Position numbers and translations under genes: made by a program. The notes beneath the pieces are model-generated. The model was given only the letters and a program-made list of their open reading frames with translations. It searched no databases and had not been told where the DNA came from. A stretch of 64,000 nt of DNA, from contig JBFWNS010000004.1 in NCBI GenBank assembly GCA_050250935.1, positions 32,001-96,000 on the forward strand. The letters are read 5' to 3'. Each line of letters begins with the position of its first letter. Position 1 is the stretch's first letter. Positions 50,517 to 61,483 of the stretch are shown one piece after another. The stretch is from Candidatus Margulisiibacteriota bacterium. GTDB lineage: Bacteria > Margulisbacteria > Marinamargulisbacteria > JBFWNS01.

Positions 50517-51923
50517 ATGAACGCTCAAAAACAAGTTTTAGTCCCCATTATCAAAGAACTCGTCGGCGATTTGGATACGCCCGTGTCGTTGTATTTGAAG
50601 CTAAACCGGGCGCAAAGCTTTTTATTAGAGAGCGTGACGGGCGGGGAAAACGTGGCGCGGTATTCGTTTATTGGGGTGAACCCGTTTTGCACGTTTACGG
50701 CCCAAAACGACACCAACACCATCGACGATGAAACCGGAACCCGCACCGTTGCCGGAAACCCCTTGGATATTTTAGAAAACCTGATTGCCCACTACCACAT
50801 GGACGATGCCCCCCATTTACCCCCATTTTTGGGTGGGGCTGTGGGGTATTTCAGCTGGGAAACCATTCGGCACATCGAAGCCATTGCCTTAAAAAACAAA
50901 CCCAGCATCGACGGGATTCCCGAAATTCGGTTCTTTTTCCCCAAAGGGCTGGTGGTGTTTGACCATGTTAAACGCAAAATTATTCTGGTAGCCTTGGCAA
51001 AACCAGGCGAAGAAAAAGCCGCTCAAAGCTTGCTTGAAGAACTTGAAACCGCCATTCAAAAGCCCCTGTCTGCAAGCCTGTTATCGCTGCAAAAACCAGA
51101 CAACTTTTTTGACAAAACCACCTCCAGCCTATCCCAACCCGATTTTGAGGCCATGATTGAAGCTGGAAAACGGCATATTTTTGAAGGGGATGTGTTTCAG
51201 TTGGTGTTGTCCCAGCGATTCGAAACCACTTCGGCCAAAAAGCCTTTCGATATTTACCGCACTCTACGCACCATTAATCCCTCGCCATACATGTATTACA
51301 TTGACGACACCGACTATCAAATTATTGGCAGTTCACCCGAAATTTTGGTAAAAGTGGAACACAACCAAGCCACCGTTCGGCCCATTGCCGGCACCCGTCC
51401 TCGGCCCCCCAAAGACCAAGAAGACGCCGTGATTGCCGAACTGAAAGCCGACGAAAAAGAAGTGGCCGAACATATTATGTTGGTGGATCTAGGCCGCAAC
51501 GATTTGGGACGGGTTTGCGACTACAACAGCGTCAAAACCGCCGAACTGATGACCATCGAACGGTATTCCCACGTGTTTCATATGGTAACGAATGTAACCG
51601 GAACCCTGCAGCAAGGCAAAACCGCCATGGATGTGTTCAAAGCCACGTTTCCCGCAGGAACCGTCAGCGGTGCGCCCAAAATTCGGGCCATCGAAATTAT
51701 CGACGCCCTAGAACCCACAGGCCGCAAACTGTATGCCGGCGCTTTGGGGTATTTTGATTTTCGCGGCAATATGGACTTGTGTATCATCATCCGCACCATT
51801 TTGGCCAAAAACAACCACCTTTATGTTCAAGCCGGTGCCGGCATTGTGGCCGATTCCAACCCTGCCACCGAATTTGTCGAATCGCAAAACAAAGCCAAAG
51901 GAATGATTGAAGCATGCTTGTAG
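50517..51923 (+). CDS. trpE: Anthranilate synthase component I
   Basis: [42 protein letters not shown] and GAPKIRA motifs. Confidence 0.93.
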   Translation: MNAQKQVLVPIIKELVGDLDTPVSLYLKLNRAQSFLLESVTGGENVARYSFIGVNPFCTFTAQNDTNTIDDETGTRTVAGNPLDILENLIAHYHMDDAPHLPPFLGGAVGYFSWETIRHIEAIALKNKPSIDGIPEIRFFFPKGLVVFDHVKRKIILVALAKPGEEKAAQSLLEELETAIQKPLSASLLSLQKPDNFFDKTTSSLSQPDFEAMIEAGKRHIFEGDVFQLVLSQRFETTSAKKPFDIYRTLRTINPSPYMYYIDDTDYQIIGSSPEILVKVEHNQATVRPIAGTRPRPPKDQEDAVIAELKADEKEVAEHIMLVDLGRNDLGRVCDYNSVKTAELMTIERYSHVFHMVTNVTGTLQQGKTAMDVFKATFPAGTVSGAPKIRAIEIIDALEPTGRKLYAGALGYFDFRGNMDLCIIIRTILAKNNHLYVQAGAGIVADSNPATEFVESQNKAKGMIEACL

Positions 51924-52477
51924 TCATCGACAACTTTGATTCTTTTACCTACAACCTGGTCCAATATTTGGGCGAATTGGGTGCCGATATTCGGGTCTAC
52001 CGCAACAACGCCATCACCGTAGGCGAGCTTCGGGCACTAAAGCCCAGCCACATTGTGATTTCGCCTGGCCCAGGCCGCCCAGAAGATGCTGGGATTTCTC
52101 CAACGGTTATTAAAGAACTACACCCAGAATTTCCCATTTTAGGGGTGTGTTTGGGGCACCAAGCCATTGGTCAGGTGTTTGGGGCCACCGTCACCTATGC
52201 CCCCAGCTTGATGCATGGCAAAACATCCCCCGTTATTCACAATGGCACCGGGGTTTTTAAAAACCTCCCCTCCCCTTTGACCGCCACGCGTTATCACTCG
52301 CTGGTGGTGGACGAAGCCACGTTGCCAGCCGAACTGGTTAAAACCGCTTGGACCCAAGATGGGGTTTTAATGGGCATTTCCCACCGCAATTTCCCCTTGC
52401 ACGGCATTCAGTTTCACCCCGAATCGATTTTAACCGAGCATGGCAAAGACATGCTGAAAAACTTTTTGGAGATCTAG
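51914..52477 (+). CDS. trpG: Anthranilate synthase component II (glutamine amidotransferase)
   Basis: [28 protein letters not shown] and QFHPES motifs. Confidence 0.93.
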   Translation: MLVVIDNFDSFTYNLVQYLGELGADIRVYRNNAITVGELRALKPSHIVISPGPGRPEDAGISPTVIKELHPEFPILGVCLGHQAIGQVFGATVTYAPSLMHGKTSPVIHNGTGVFKNLPSPLTATRYHSLVVDEATLPAELVKTAWTQDGVLMGISHRNFPLHGIQFHPESILTEHGKDMLKNFLEI

Positions 52478-52479
52478 CC

Positions 52480-53559
52480 CTGTTTCGCCGACTTTTGGTG
52501 GCCGGAATCGCGTTGCTGCTGGTGTCGTATCCGCTGTTTTACACCCAGTACAAACATTACAACCTTCACCATTTCCCCCAAGACAGCCCCATTTATCTGC
52601 GCATGGCCGAACATCCGTTCTCCAACACAGAAACCAGCCCGTTTCGGTATCGGGTTTTAACCCCATTGTTGGTTAAAATAACCCCATTTATTCCCACCTA
52701 TCACACCACACTGGAAAGCAAGCTAGCCCCCCAAACCCAAGCGTTATTTTTTCGGTTTATGGTGATCAATTATCTCTGGCTACTCTTAAGCGCTGTGGTG
52801 ATTTTTGAGCTATGCTACACCCAGTTTGGGCTGAGTATGGGCCTGTCTTTATTGGGGGGAATGGCGGTTTTGACAGCCTTTACCAGCATTAGCAACGGCT
52901 ATATTCCCATGACAGACGCCGGCACCTTGTTTTTTATTACCACCCTATTTTGGGTGATGAAACAAAACCGCCCTTGGTTGTTTTTGGGACTGGCCTTGGT
53001 GGGGGTTTTGCAAAAAGAAACCGTGATTGCAGTTGCCGTATTTTTGGTGATCTTGTCGTTTTGGAAATCGGACAACCCGCGCAGGACTTGGGTGTTTCTT
53101 GGGGCGTTAATCCCGGCCATAATGCTGTATGCAGGACTCAAACACCTCTGGCCTGCCCCCGCTTTTTTTGGGATGGAAACAGGCGATTTTGGAACCGGCC
53201 TTCAGAATCTGCTGAACCCCAACGTCTTGGCCGACAAGGAAGCCCTCAGCCAAATTGGGCTGGGATTTTTGCCTTTCTTTATGGCTGGTCTTACCCATCT
53301 GGGCTTGTGGATCAAAGGCAGGTCCCTGACTTTTCCAAAGGCCTATCTGGCCCTTTTCCCCATTTTGTTGATCATGGGACTGTATTTGGGCATCGGTGCT
53401 GGCAATATCGCCCGGGTGATCGGGTTTGGGTTACCGGTGTTTATTCCCTATGCCCTGACCGTTTTTTCGGCAGTCTTATCAAAAAAGCCTAAAAATAAGC
53501 CTCGAACTCGCGATAATACGCAGCCACCAAACCGTCGGCCTTTGCGAACTGTTGTTTGA
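52480..53559 (+). CDS. Multi-TM membrane protein (GT-C-like); start uncertain
   Basis: D..IY..MA, PFRYRVLTP and QKET patterns; many hydrophobic segments. Confidence 0.65.
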   Translation: MFRRLLVAGIALLLVSYPLFYTQYKHYNLHHFPQDSPIYLRMAEHPFSNTETSPFRYRVLTPLLVKITPFIPTYHTTLESKLAPQTQALFFRFMVINYLWLLLSAVVIFELCYTQFGLSMGLSLLGGMAVLTAFTSISNGYIPMTDAGTLFFITTLFWVMKQNRPWLFLGLALVGVLQKETVIAVAVFLVILSFWKSDNPRRTWVFLGALIPAIMLYAGLKHLWPAPAFFGMETGDFGTGLQNLLNPNVLADKEALSQIGLGFLPFFMAGLTHLGLWIKGRSLTFPKAYLALFPILLIMGLYLGIGAGNIARVIGFGLPVFIPYALTVFSAVLSKKPKNKPRTRDNTQPPNRRPLRTVV

Positions 53560-54982
53560 AAAAAACAGGAACGGGCGGACAATAGACCTTCAGTGCAGCA
53601 ATTTGCCGCAAGACCATCCAATACCAACGCCATTTGGGGTTCAGGTGATGAATCAGGGTAATGTCCTTGCGCATCAAAAAATCCACCATCGACACCACCT
53701 GCCACTTGGGAATCACCACAGGAATCAGATGGTGATGATACTGGCGAAACCGCAACGCCTGCTTGTGGGTTTCCACCACCACAACAGCCGGTAACCCAGC
53801 AATTTTAGCCAATTCGACATAATGGCCTGCCAACCGATAGTCGGGCTCTGTTGCATCCCCGTCCAAGGCAATCATCACGTTCATGGATGCGACGAACCAG
53901 GCTTGCTTCATGGCCCCATCGTCGGGAAGGGTTGGGTTCCCCAACACCGCTTGAACCGCCTGGTCCACCCGATCCACCGTCAAAGCCTCCAAACAATCCG
54001 GCAACCGGCACCGATAGGGATTACACACATAAGGACAAGCCGAAGGATTCCCCACAACCCGGTTTGGCGTCTGCCAAGGCCCCCAGCGCAGGGATTTAAC
54101 AAACTTGGTCGGCGAAACGGAAACCACTGGCACCTTTAAGGCCGCTGCCATATGGGTGGGCCCTGTATCCGTCCCAATCACCACCCGACACAGGGCAATG
54201 ACGGCTTTCAGTTGCTCCAATGACGTTTTGCCGGCCAAAACCAGGGGCTTCGACTGGGCCGTAGCCACCATGCGAGCCACCAGATCCAAATCTTTTTGGC
54301 CAAAGCCTGTCACCACCACATTATGGGGTCCTTCGGCTTTAATGCGGTCGATTAAACGCCCATAGGCCTCGGGAATCCAGTGACGATTCCCTCCCCCGCT
54401 AGAGGGATGAATCATCACCAAGGGTTCGCCTGTCCAGCCCGCTTCGGCAAGCAGGGTTTGGGCATCGACCTTGGCTTGGGCATCGATGGCCAGATCCATG
54501 GTTAAATTGGGCATCAGCTTGGCCGCCTTCCAGACCTTCACCAAGGGTTCAACCAGCTTCAAATTTTGCTCGGTTTCGTGCATCAACGCATTACGAAAGG
54601 GAATGGGAACTGGATGGGTTAAAAAAGGCCGAATCCCCAGTTTATTGCCATCGGCAATGCGTATGGGAATGCGGGCCAAAAACATCAACCGAACATAATA
54701 ATCGTCGGAAAAAGGCAATAAAACAGCATCAAAGTGTTTGTCTTTAAGAAAACGGGCATAGGCCAGGGTGTCTTTAAAGCTTTGGATTTTTCCGGCTTTT
54801 TTCCAGTCCAAAATCACCTCGTCCACCTGCGGATGATTGTCCAAAATCGCCTGGGTATAGGGTTGTAATAAAACGCTAATCTGGCAATCGGGAAAGGTGG
54901 TTTTGAGGGTGTTAATCAAGGGAATCATCAACACCACGTCCCCAATGGCGTCGGGGCGAACCAGCAAAATGCGTTTACTCAT
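53489..54982 (-). CDS. GT9 (heptosyltransferase-like) glycosyltransferase with C-terminal extension
   Basis: LLVRPDAIGDVV, IHP, LAGKTSL and DTGPTHMAAAL motifs. Confidence 0.9.
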   Translation of the reverse strand: MSKRILLVRPDAIGDVVLMIPLINTLKTTFPDCQISVLLQPYTQAILDNHPQVDEVILDWKKAGKIQSFKDTLAYARFLKDKHFDAVLLPFSDDYYVRLMFLARIPIRIADGNKLGIRPFLTHPVPIPFRNALMHETEQNLKLVEPLVKVWKAAKLMPNLTMDLAIDAQAKVDAQTLLAEAGWTGEPLVMIHPSSGGGNRHWIPEAYGRLIDRIKAEGPHNVVVTGFGQKDLDLVARMVATAQSKPLVLAGKTSLEQLKAVIALCRVVIGTDTGPTHMAAALKVPVVSVSPTKFVKSLRWGPWQTPNRVVGNPSACPYVCNPYRCRLPDCLEALTVDRVDQAVQAVLGNPTLPDDGAMKQAWFVASMNVMIALDGDATEPDYRLAGHYVELAKIAGLPAVVVVETHKQALRFRQYHHHLIPVVIPKWQVVSMVDFLMRKDITLIHHLNPKWRWYWMVLRQIAALKVYCPPVPVFFKQQFAKADGLVAAYYREFEAYF

Positions 54983-56414
54983 CCCCATCTCTAAACCGAT
55001 TAAAAAAGGGAATTTGCGCAAAAGCAGCACGATAGACAGACAAATAGTCGGAGGCTGCAACATAGTGTTGAAAGGGCACCGACACCAAAACCGGGGGATA
55101 GGTTTTACGCACCGCACCGATCCAAAAGCGAATTAAAGAAACCCAAAGTCCCGACAAGTGTGTGCTTTGAATCACGGTGGCATTTCGTTGTAAAAGATAG
55201 CGAATTAAAATCGGCAAAGACCAAAAGCCGCTATACAAAAACGGAAACACAATCAATCCTTCCTTTTTTGCAGCCGAAGCAACCCGTTCGACATACATAA
55301 ATTCTTTAATGGTTTTGACCACCACCACCACCCGAATGGCAGCCAACCAATGGGCCTGTCGAATATCGGCATACGATTTTGGCGGCTCTTGAAGGCGGTT
55401 CACCAAGTTCGAAAAGGCCAAAGAAAGCACCTCTGTGGTTAGCCAGGTTTGGCAAGCAGCCGTACACAGATCTGGGGTTAAATGCGCCGAACACGCGTAG
55501 TCTTTGCGCAAAATTTCAAAATAAGGGGTGATGGGACCCCATCTTGAGGGGGCATTCACTTTAAGCGGGGAAAAGAACAAAATGGGTTTTTGAAGAGCGG
55601 CGGCCAAATGGGTAGGCCCTGTATCCGAGCCAATATAGACATCGCAAGCCGACACAAATCCGGCCAATTCCGGAAAGGTCGTTTGATTGACCAAATTCAA
55701 AACCAGGGGATGAAAAACAGGCACCTCAGCAGCCTGTCCCAAGACCACAACGTTGACTGTTTTTTCGTGGGCCAGACGGTTTAAAAACTCAGTTGCAACA
55801 GCTTCGGGAATGGGGATATTGCTACCCCCCGTCCCCCAAAAAAAGACAACAACTGGTTGCTCTTCCTTAAAAAAATGGGCCAACATGCCCTTGGCTTTGG
55901 TTAACAAGGGTTCAGCCAAGACCAACCCTGCAGAGGGGGTTTCAACATCCACCCGCAACGGGGCCAAAAGATCCAAATTAAATTCAACCTGATGCCTGCA
56001 AAAATCTTCCCAGTGTTGACGAACGGGATGGGTATAAAGCCACCCCAAAGACACATTGGTACTGTCGCCCAACCGAACAGGAATTCGGGCCAAATAGCCC
56101 AACCAGGCCATCCAGGGATCGTTCCACAACGACACATACAAATCGTAGCGCTGCGCACGAATTTCGTGGACCCACTCCCAAAACCGGCTCATCCACGGCT
56201 TTGCAGACCAGTCCAGAATCCACACCCGATGCACGCGATCGTCCAATTTTAAAACTTCGGCCCCAATCGCCGAGGTCAGAACATGAATTTCGGCCTGGGG
56301 ATAGGCTTGTTGAAGGGCCGTGATCACGGGCAAAGCCAAGATCATATCCCCAAGCCGGTCGGCCCGTTGAATCAGAATTTTTTGACGGGGTTTAGGTGGG
56401 TTGGACATATTCAT
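54975..56414 (-). CDS. GT9 glycosyltransferase with C-terminal extension
   Basis: ILIQRADRLGDMIL, HQVE and DTGPTHLAAAL motifs; paralog of the neighbour. Confidence 0.9.
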   Translation of the reverse strand: MNMSNPPKPRQKILIQRADRLGDMILALPVITALQQAYPQAEIHVLTSAIGAEVLKLDDRVHRVWILDWSAKPWMSRFWEWVHEIRAQRYDLYVSLWNDPWMAWLGYLARIPVRLGDSTNVSLGWLYTHPVRQHWEDFCRHQVEFNLDLLAPLRVDVETPSAGLVLAEPLLTKAKGMLAHFFKEEQPVVVFFWGTGGSNIPIPEAVATEFLNRLAHEKTVNVVVLGQAAEVPVFHPLVLNLVNQTTFPELAGFVSACDVYIGSDTGPTHLAAALQKPILFFSPLKVNAPSRWGPITPYFEILRKDYACSAHLTPDLCTAACQTWLTTEVLSLAFSNLVNRLQEPPKSYADIRQAHWLAAIRVVVVVKTIKEFMYVERVASAAKKEGLIVFPFLYSGFWSLPILIRYLLQRNATVIQSTHLSGLWVSLIRFWIGAVRKTYPPVLVSVPFQHYVAASDYLSVYRAAFAQIPFFNRFRDGDE

Positions 56415-57309
56415 AGAAGGGTTCCATGGACTGAAAACCCAAGGAATCATAAAGGCGAATGGCCCCGGAATTGGTTAACGTCACAGCCAATCCCACAATC
56501 TCGTAACGTTCTTGATACAACTGATAGATCACCGCCTCAAACAGCGCCCGACCCAGCTTTTGACCCTGAAAATCGGGATGAATCGACAAATCGAAAATCC
56601 AAGGCACACGGTCGAATCCCCAACACACAATATCCACCACCAAACAGGCGCCAACCATCCGACCCTCTCGCTCCAGCACAAACGAGGCCGTAGGCGACAT
56701 GGGGCCAAAAACACCGCCATAAATTTTACGTTCCAAAGCCTCGCGAGTCGCTAAATTTTTAAGATCGGGATAACTGGGTTGATCTTGGCTAATTAAATGC
56801 GCCGCCAAACTAAGGGCACTGGAGGGCAGGACATCGGCATCAGTAACGGGGCGAAGTACATAGGGGGGCGGAATTTCGGGTAGTTTTGGGGCTTGGTTCA
56901 GTTCCAAAAACATGCGCTTTCTGGGGTTTTCCAAAAACCCACCGGCCCGAATCGTGGCCCGGGTATCGGGATGCAGTTCATAGGTAATCAGCTCCATCAA
57001 TTTTTGATGGATTAAGCCGCTGTCCAAAAGCCCCTGAACCAACACTGGCTGGTCGTTTAAATCCAAAGAATGAAAGACCATGTTGCCATAGTTTTCGGTA
57101 ACCATATCCGCCCAAACAAACCCAGCGGGTTCGTCATTCTTTTTCAAAAGAAGCCCAGGCAAAAGCCCAGCCAAAATGGCCTGCTTTTTCTCGTCAAAAA
57201 TTGGCTTCATGTTGGGGACCCCACGGGCCTCACACCTGGCAACCAAATCGTCGAGCAAAAAGGCCAGTGCAGCCTCGTCGTTTTGAAGGGGAAAAAAGGC
57301 GTGGGTCAT
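56392..57309 (-). CDS. GNAT family N-acetyltransferase
   Basis: IHPDFQGQKLG acetyl-CoA motif and N.GAIRLY..LGF. Confidence 0.85.
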   Translation of the reverse strand: MTHAFFPLQNDEAALAFLLDDLVARCEARGVPNMKPIFDEKKQAILAGLLPGLLLKKNDEPAGFVWADMVTENYGNMVFHSLDLNDQPVLVQGLLDSGLIHQKLMELITYELHPDTRATIRAGGFLENPRKRMFLELNQAPKLPEIPPPYVLRPVTDADVLPSSALSLAAHLISQDQPSYPDLKNLATREALERKIYGGVFGPMSPTASFVLEREGRMVGACLVVDIVCWGFDRVPWIFDLSIHPDFQGQKLGRALFEAVIYQLYQERYEIVGLAVTLTNSGAIRLYDSLGFQSMEPFYEYVQPT

Positions 57310-57358
57310 GGGTATAGTTATACTGTATTTTTGGGGGTTTGATAACCGCAAAGAACCA

Positions 57359-59239
57359 TTATTTTCCGCTGTTACGAAGAACCCAAGACGAGCGACACAC
57401 CTGATCCATCGTGGGTCGTGCAGCAGGGTCTTCTTGCAAGCAGTCTAGAATGAGCCGTCCCATATCCTGTAAGTTAGCGTTATTAGAGCGCAAAAGAACC
57501 CTGTCTACCCACAGTTTTGCATCATCCGACCACTTGAAAATGGGATTTTGATCACTACTCCCCCTTTCTCCCACCAACACATGATCGCGATACTTTGAAA
57601 AATCATCACCCTGCACGGCCCTTAACAAAGAAACCCCAAACGCCCACGTATCCACCTTGGGAAGGTCTAGCTTGGCCACATCTTGTGGCGAACGCCACAC
57701 GGATAACGCTTCCGGCGGATAAAAAGTCCCCCCAAAATTTTTTGGATTAAATCCCAGGGCCTCCAAATCCTGAACCCCGACTGGAACCGTAAATCCCAAA
57801 TCGGACAATTGAACATGCCCCTCCACATCAACCAGCAGATTTTCTGCTTTAAAATCTTGATGAACAACGCCTTCAGCATGAATATCCCGAAGCGATTTTG
57901 CAGCCTCCACCAATCCTCGCCATAAGGGCAACCCCGCTGCATAGGTATGGGGAGTGGCATTGATCTGGTGATCCCGGCTCTGAACCACTTCGCTAAAAGA
58001 TCCTTGAGCCAACGGCATCAAAATGCCGATAAAATGTTTTTTTCCGGGGTATTGATGCGCATCCAAAATAGAGGCAACAGAACGTACTTTTTGCAAGCGA
58101 TCATGCATAGCGACTTCCCTAAAAATCGAAAACAACTCTCTAAAAGTTCGAGGAGCTTGTTTTTTGTGGGCAACTGTTTGATCAGAGTCCAACTGGTGCG
58201 CCAATCGAACACGACCGAAACTCCCCCGCCCCAATTGCTGTTCATCTCGACTTAATGCATTCAGAAACGCATAGGTTCCGGAAGGCAACGCCTCCACAGG
58301 CTTAGGGGTTTTGGATGGCCCTAACGCGGGCTGTAACTTATTTCGAGATTCAAAATGGGTAAAAATGATAATGTCTTTTACAGGCGGGGTCAGGGTTTCT
58401 CTAATGGTATCTCCGAACCGATCTAAGACCATTAAAAACATCATTTTTTGATTCACCATAGAAACACGCCGATCAGGACTAGCTTCAACTTGTCTTTTCT
58501 CAAAAGTCTTCCAAATCTCTAGAAAATAATCCCTATGCGGCAATGACAATGAACCTTCTTTTGATGCCGTCACAGCAGCATTAAAAAAGGGCATTAAAAG
58601 GGTATTGGCCTCAAACATATGGGTGGAATTTAAACAATCATCTCCCATCACACTCATGAGGGTAGAAACACAGTCTTCAGGCGACAATGAAGGGTCAAGT
58701 GATCTCGAAACCACGGGTGCAGGGGATATCGCCGCAGCTGCCGGTGCCGCTTCTTGCACATAAGACGGTCGAGCCAGATCCCTTGCGTGAGGATAACCAG
58801 CAAAAGGATCTGGAGTCGAAACAGCAGCCATCTGAATAGGAATCGTTTGAGTAGAAGGTCTAGATTGTTTGGCCACCAAAGCTGCTCGAATTCTAGATTC
58901 GTGTGGGCTTGAAAAATCTACAGATAATAACTCCCGATAAAACCGGGCATAAGCTGCGTCAACAGAGCCTAATTTCGGTTTATCCGATTTTACTTTTGAA
59001 CGGGTAAATTTTTGGACCGCCATATTGTCCAACAATTCCCCCAAGCGGGGTACCAAGAGTGGGTTTTTATCCAAAACGCCAATTAAAGTCGAAATTAATC
59101 GCTCTGAAGAGGGGTTTCCAACAATCCCACGTTTCGCCATCTTATACACATCGGGAAGCTGAACCGGATAAACACCCCTACCCGAAAGATATCCCAATGG
59201 CGCTGTAAGCATATCCATTTTCCTCGCTTTCTCTAACAC
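57359..59239 (-). CDS. Eukaryote-like Ser/Thr protein kinase with long unique N-terminus; start uncertain
   Basis: LGRGSFGRV, VAHK, HQDFKAENLL, DLG, GTFYPPE and DTWAFG motifs. Confidence 0.88.
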   Translation of the reverse strand: MLEKARKMDMLTAPLGYLSGRGVYPVQLPDVYKMAKRGIVGNPSSERLISTLIGVLDKNPLLVPRLGELLDNMAVQKFTRSKVKSDKPKLGSVDAAYARFYRELLSVDFSSPHESRIRAALVAKQSRPSTQTIPIQMAAVSTPDPFAGYPHARDLARPSYVQEAAPAAAAISPAPVVSRSLDPSLSPEDCVSTLMSVMGDDCLNSTHMFEANTLLMPFFNAAVTASKEGSLSLPHRDYFLEIWKTFEKRQVEASPDRRVSMVNQKMMFLMVLDRFGDTIRETLTPPVKDIIIFTHFESRNKLQPALGPSKTPKPVEALPSGTYAFLNALSRDEQQLGRGSFGRVRLAHQLDSDQTVAHKKQAPRTFRELFSIFREVAMHDRLQKVRSVASILDAHQYPGKKHFIGILMPLAQGSFSEVVQSRDHQINATPHTYAAGLPLWRGLVEAAKSLRDIHAEGVVHQDFKAENLLVDVEGHVQLSDLGFTVPVGVQDLEALGFNPKNFGGTFYPPEALSVWRSPQDVAKLDLPKVDTWAFGVSLLRAVQGDDFSKYRDHVLVGERGSSDQNPIFKWSDDAKLWVDRVLLRSNNANLQDMGRLILDCLQEDPAARPTMDQVCRSSWVLRNSGK

Positions 59240-59328
59240 AATCTACCAATCAAGATGCCCCATTTTTGCACAGATTAAACACCGCAGCATTGCCACAGTT
59301 CCACCCAACTCGGTACACTAAATCCCAG

Positions 59329-60276
59329 ATGAGCACAGACACTGTAACCCAAAAACCCCGCCTAAAATCCAACTATTATTACCTGGGCGACGAACTTCGC
59401 GAAACCTTTGGTCAAAAGGTGTACAAAATTTCTTTGGATTCCGGCTTTACCTGCCCCACCCGAGACGGCAGCAAAGGCACCAAAGGATGCTTTTATTGTG
59501 GTCAAACGGGGTCTCACTATTCGAATGCCGTGTATACCCGAACGGTGGCCACGCAAATCGAAGAAGGCAAATCGTTTATGAGAAACCGCCACGGCGCGGA
59601 TAAATTCATTGCTTATTTTCAATCGTATACCTCGACTTATGGGGACGTGTCACTCTTGAAAGCCAAACTTGGTGAAGCTTTGGAAGACCCAGACATTGTG
59701 GGCCTAAACCTCTCGACCCGCCCCGATTGTTTGGACGACGAACGTTTGGCCATTTTGGCCGAGCATATGCTAGACAAATACCACTGGCTGGAATTGGGGT
59801 TGGAATCGGGCCACGATTCGGTGCTAAAACGCTGCGGCCGAGGCCATGGCTATGCCGAATTTGAAACCACCTTTAAACAAGCCAAAGCCCGTGGATTCCG
59901 AATTTGTGTCCACCTCATTTTAGGGCTCCCCGGCGAAACCGACGAAATGGCTATCGACACCATGAAACGCCTTGCCGATTTGGGCATCGATGGGATTAAA
60001 TTGCACAACCTCCACATCATCAAAAACAGTGTGTTCGAATTGGAATACAAGCTCAATCGAATTCCCCTGATGTCCCTACCCGAATACTGCGACTTGGTAG
60101 GCCGCATTCTGCCCCAGATTCCCGAAAATGTCGTGATTCACCGCCTGACCGGTGAAGCGCCCCCCAATTTAATGCTGGCCCCCGATTGGTCCTTTAACAA
60201 AGCCAAAGCCATGAACGCCTTGGACACCTTTATTATTGAAAAACAGATTGTTCAGGGATCTAACTTTAGGCCCTAA
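59329..60276 (+). CDS. YhcC/TIGR01212-like radical SAM protein
   Basis: GFTCPTRDG....GCFYC, YFQSYT, STRPDC, ELGLES and GIKLHNL motifs. Confidence 0.9.
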   Translation: MSTDTVTQKPRLKSNYYYLGDELRETFGQKVYKISLDSGFTCPTRDGSKGTKGCFYCGQTGSHYSNAVYTRTVATQIEEGKSFMRNRHGADKFIAYFQSYTSTYGDVSLLKAKLGEALEDPDIVGLNLSTRPDCLDDERLAILAEHMLDKYHWLELGLESGHDSVLKRCGRGHGYAEFETTFKQAKARGFRICVHLILGLPGETDEMAIDTMKRLADLGIDGIKLHNLHIIKNSVFELEYKLNRIPLMSLPEYCDLVGRILPQIPENVVIHRLTGEAPPNLMLAPDWSFNKAKAMNALDTFIIEKQIVQGSNFRP

Positions 60277-61307
60277 AACCAGGTTGCCACCGAGGTTGTC
60301 ACCAACCATACTTTAGAGGCGGTATTCTCCAAAAAGAGGGCATCTTTGGCGTGTTGATATTGCAATTCCGAACGCCATAGGGCGTTGTCGCAAAGGGTGT
60401 AATCCGCATTAACCGATGCCCCAGAAATTTGGGTGCCGTTGGGGGTTCCACTGGTGGTCACCACTTGGTCGGGGTCGCTGTAGCGCTGAATGCGCCAGCC
60501 AAAGGCCCAGCGGTCTGTGGCCTGATACCGGCTCATCAACGCAAAACCCTGCCAAGCCTAACCTGCCTCGAACCCAAAATCCGCCAAAACAGCCAAAGTG
60601 GTTTTGTCGTCGAGCTGAAGTTGGGCGAATAAGTTATGAAAATGTCGAAAGCGTTCTGGTCTTTCGTTGCCCAAAAAAGTGCCATAATTAAACAAAAACG
60701 CCTCGGTGGGTTGATAGATCAACTGTGTCCCCAACGCCAAAGAGGTGTTGGGATTGGAAATGTGATTCCAGCCATTAAAGACCATCCCAGACAAGGTTAG
60801 CTGATCGGAATAGGCATAGGTTGCCTTAACCCCTGTTTCAAAAAAGGGCACATTGTCCCACAACAGCGAGCGGCTCAAGGTCATGTTGTCCTTGCCAAGC
60901 ACAGCTTCGTAGCCCAAATGCGAGGGTAAAATACCCATATCCACCCAAAGCCTATCCGACACCTTAACCCCAAAATTGGCCTGAGAAAAATAGGGGTACA
61001 CCCCAGGTTCCAAGGCCGAGTTTATGTGGGGAAACGACCCAGTTTGAAGCCCAAAGTTAAACCGAACTGCCTTGCCGGTATACGAAGCCGAAAGGGCAGC
61101 CAGGTTAATCGCTGGGTGTTGAAGCTGGGTATAGGATCCCCCAACAGGGGTATACACCGAAGGTGCTCCCCCCGAAAGCGACTGGTTATAATAGGCTTCG
61201 GTATAGCCATGGAGGGTCCAAGATCCTTCTTCGGCCAACAGCAAAGAAGTCCCACTACAAAAAAAGGCCGCTACTATCAAAAGTCGTTGGAAATAAAACA
61301 TGCTCAT
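60273..61307 (-). pseudogene. Outer-membrane beta-barrel porin interrupted by an in-frame TAG at 60558-60560
   Basis: Signal peptide; D.G...SHLGYE, SRSL, PFFETG, NGWN and terminal aromatic WF. The two ORFs share a frame. Confidence 0.75.
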
Positions 61308-61403
61308 TCTGTTCCCTGGTTTTGGTTTTCTTTAAACATAAATCCCAACAGTGTAGCAGATTATCCCCAAAACCAAGACCGGTTCTTGAGTGATATTCTT
61401 GGA

Positions 61404-61442
61404 CTTTATAACTCAAAAAGAACCAAAAAATGAGTTATAAAG
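61404..61442. repeat. 12-bp inverted repeat between divergent genes
   Basis: CTTTATAACTCA-N15-TGAGTTATAAAG. Confidence 0.8.
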
Positions 61443-61447
61443 CAAGA

Positions 61448-61477
61448 TTGACATACTGAACAATTGTTCAGTATCCT
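61448..61477 (+). promoter_or_regulatory. lexA promoter with SOS box
   Basis: TTGACA-N18-TATCCT overlapping the perfect palindrome ATACTGAACAATTGTTCAGTAT (GAAC-N4-GTTC). Confidence 0.8.
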
Positions 61478-61483
61478 AGGGAT

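Noticed and set aside
27098..60560. Genome-wide stop-codon reassignment
   Set aside because: TAA, TAG and TGA all terminate conserved genes at expected positions (for example mutS TAA, smpB TAG, nuoF TGA), and the two internal stops differ.
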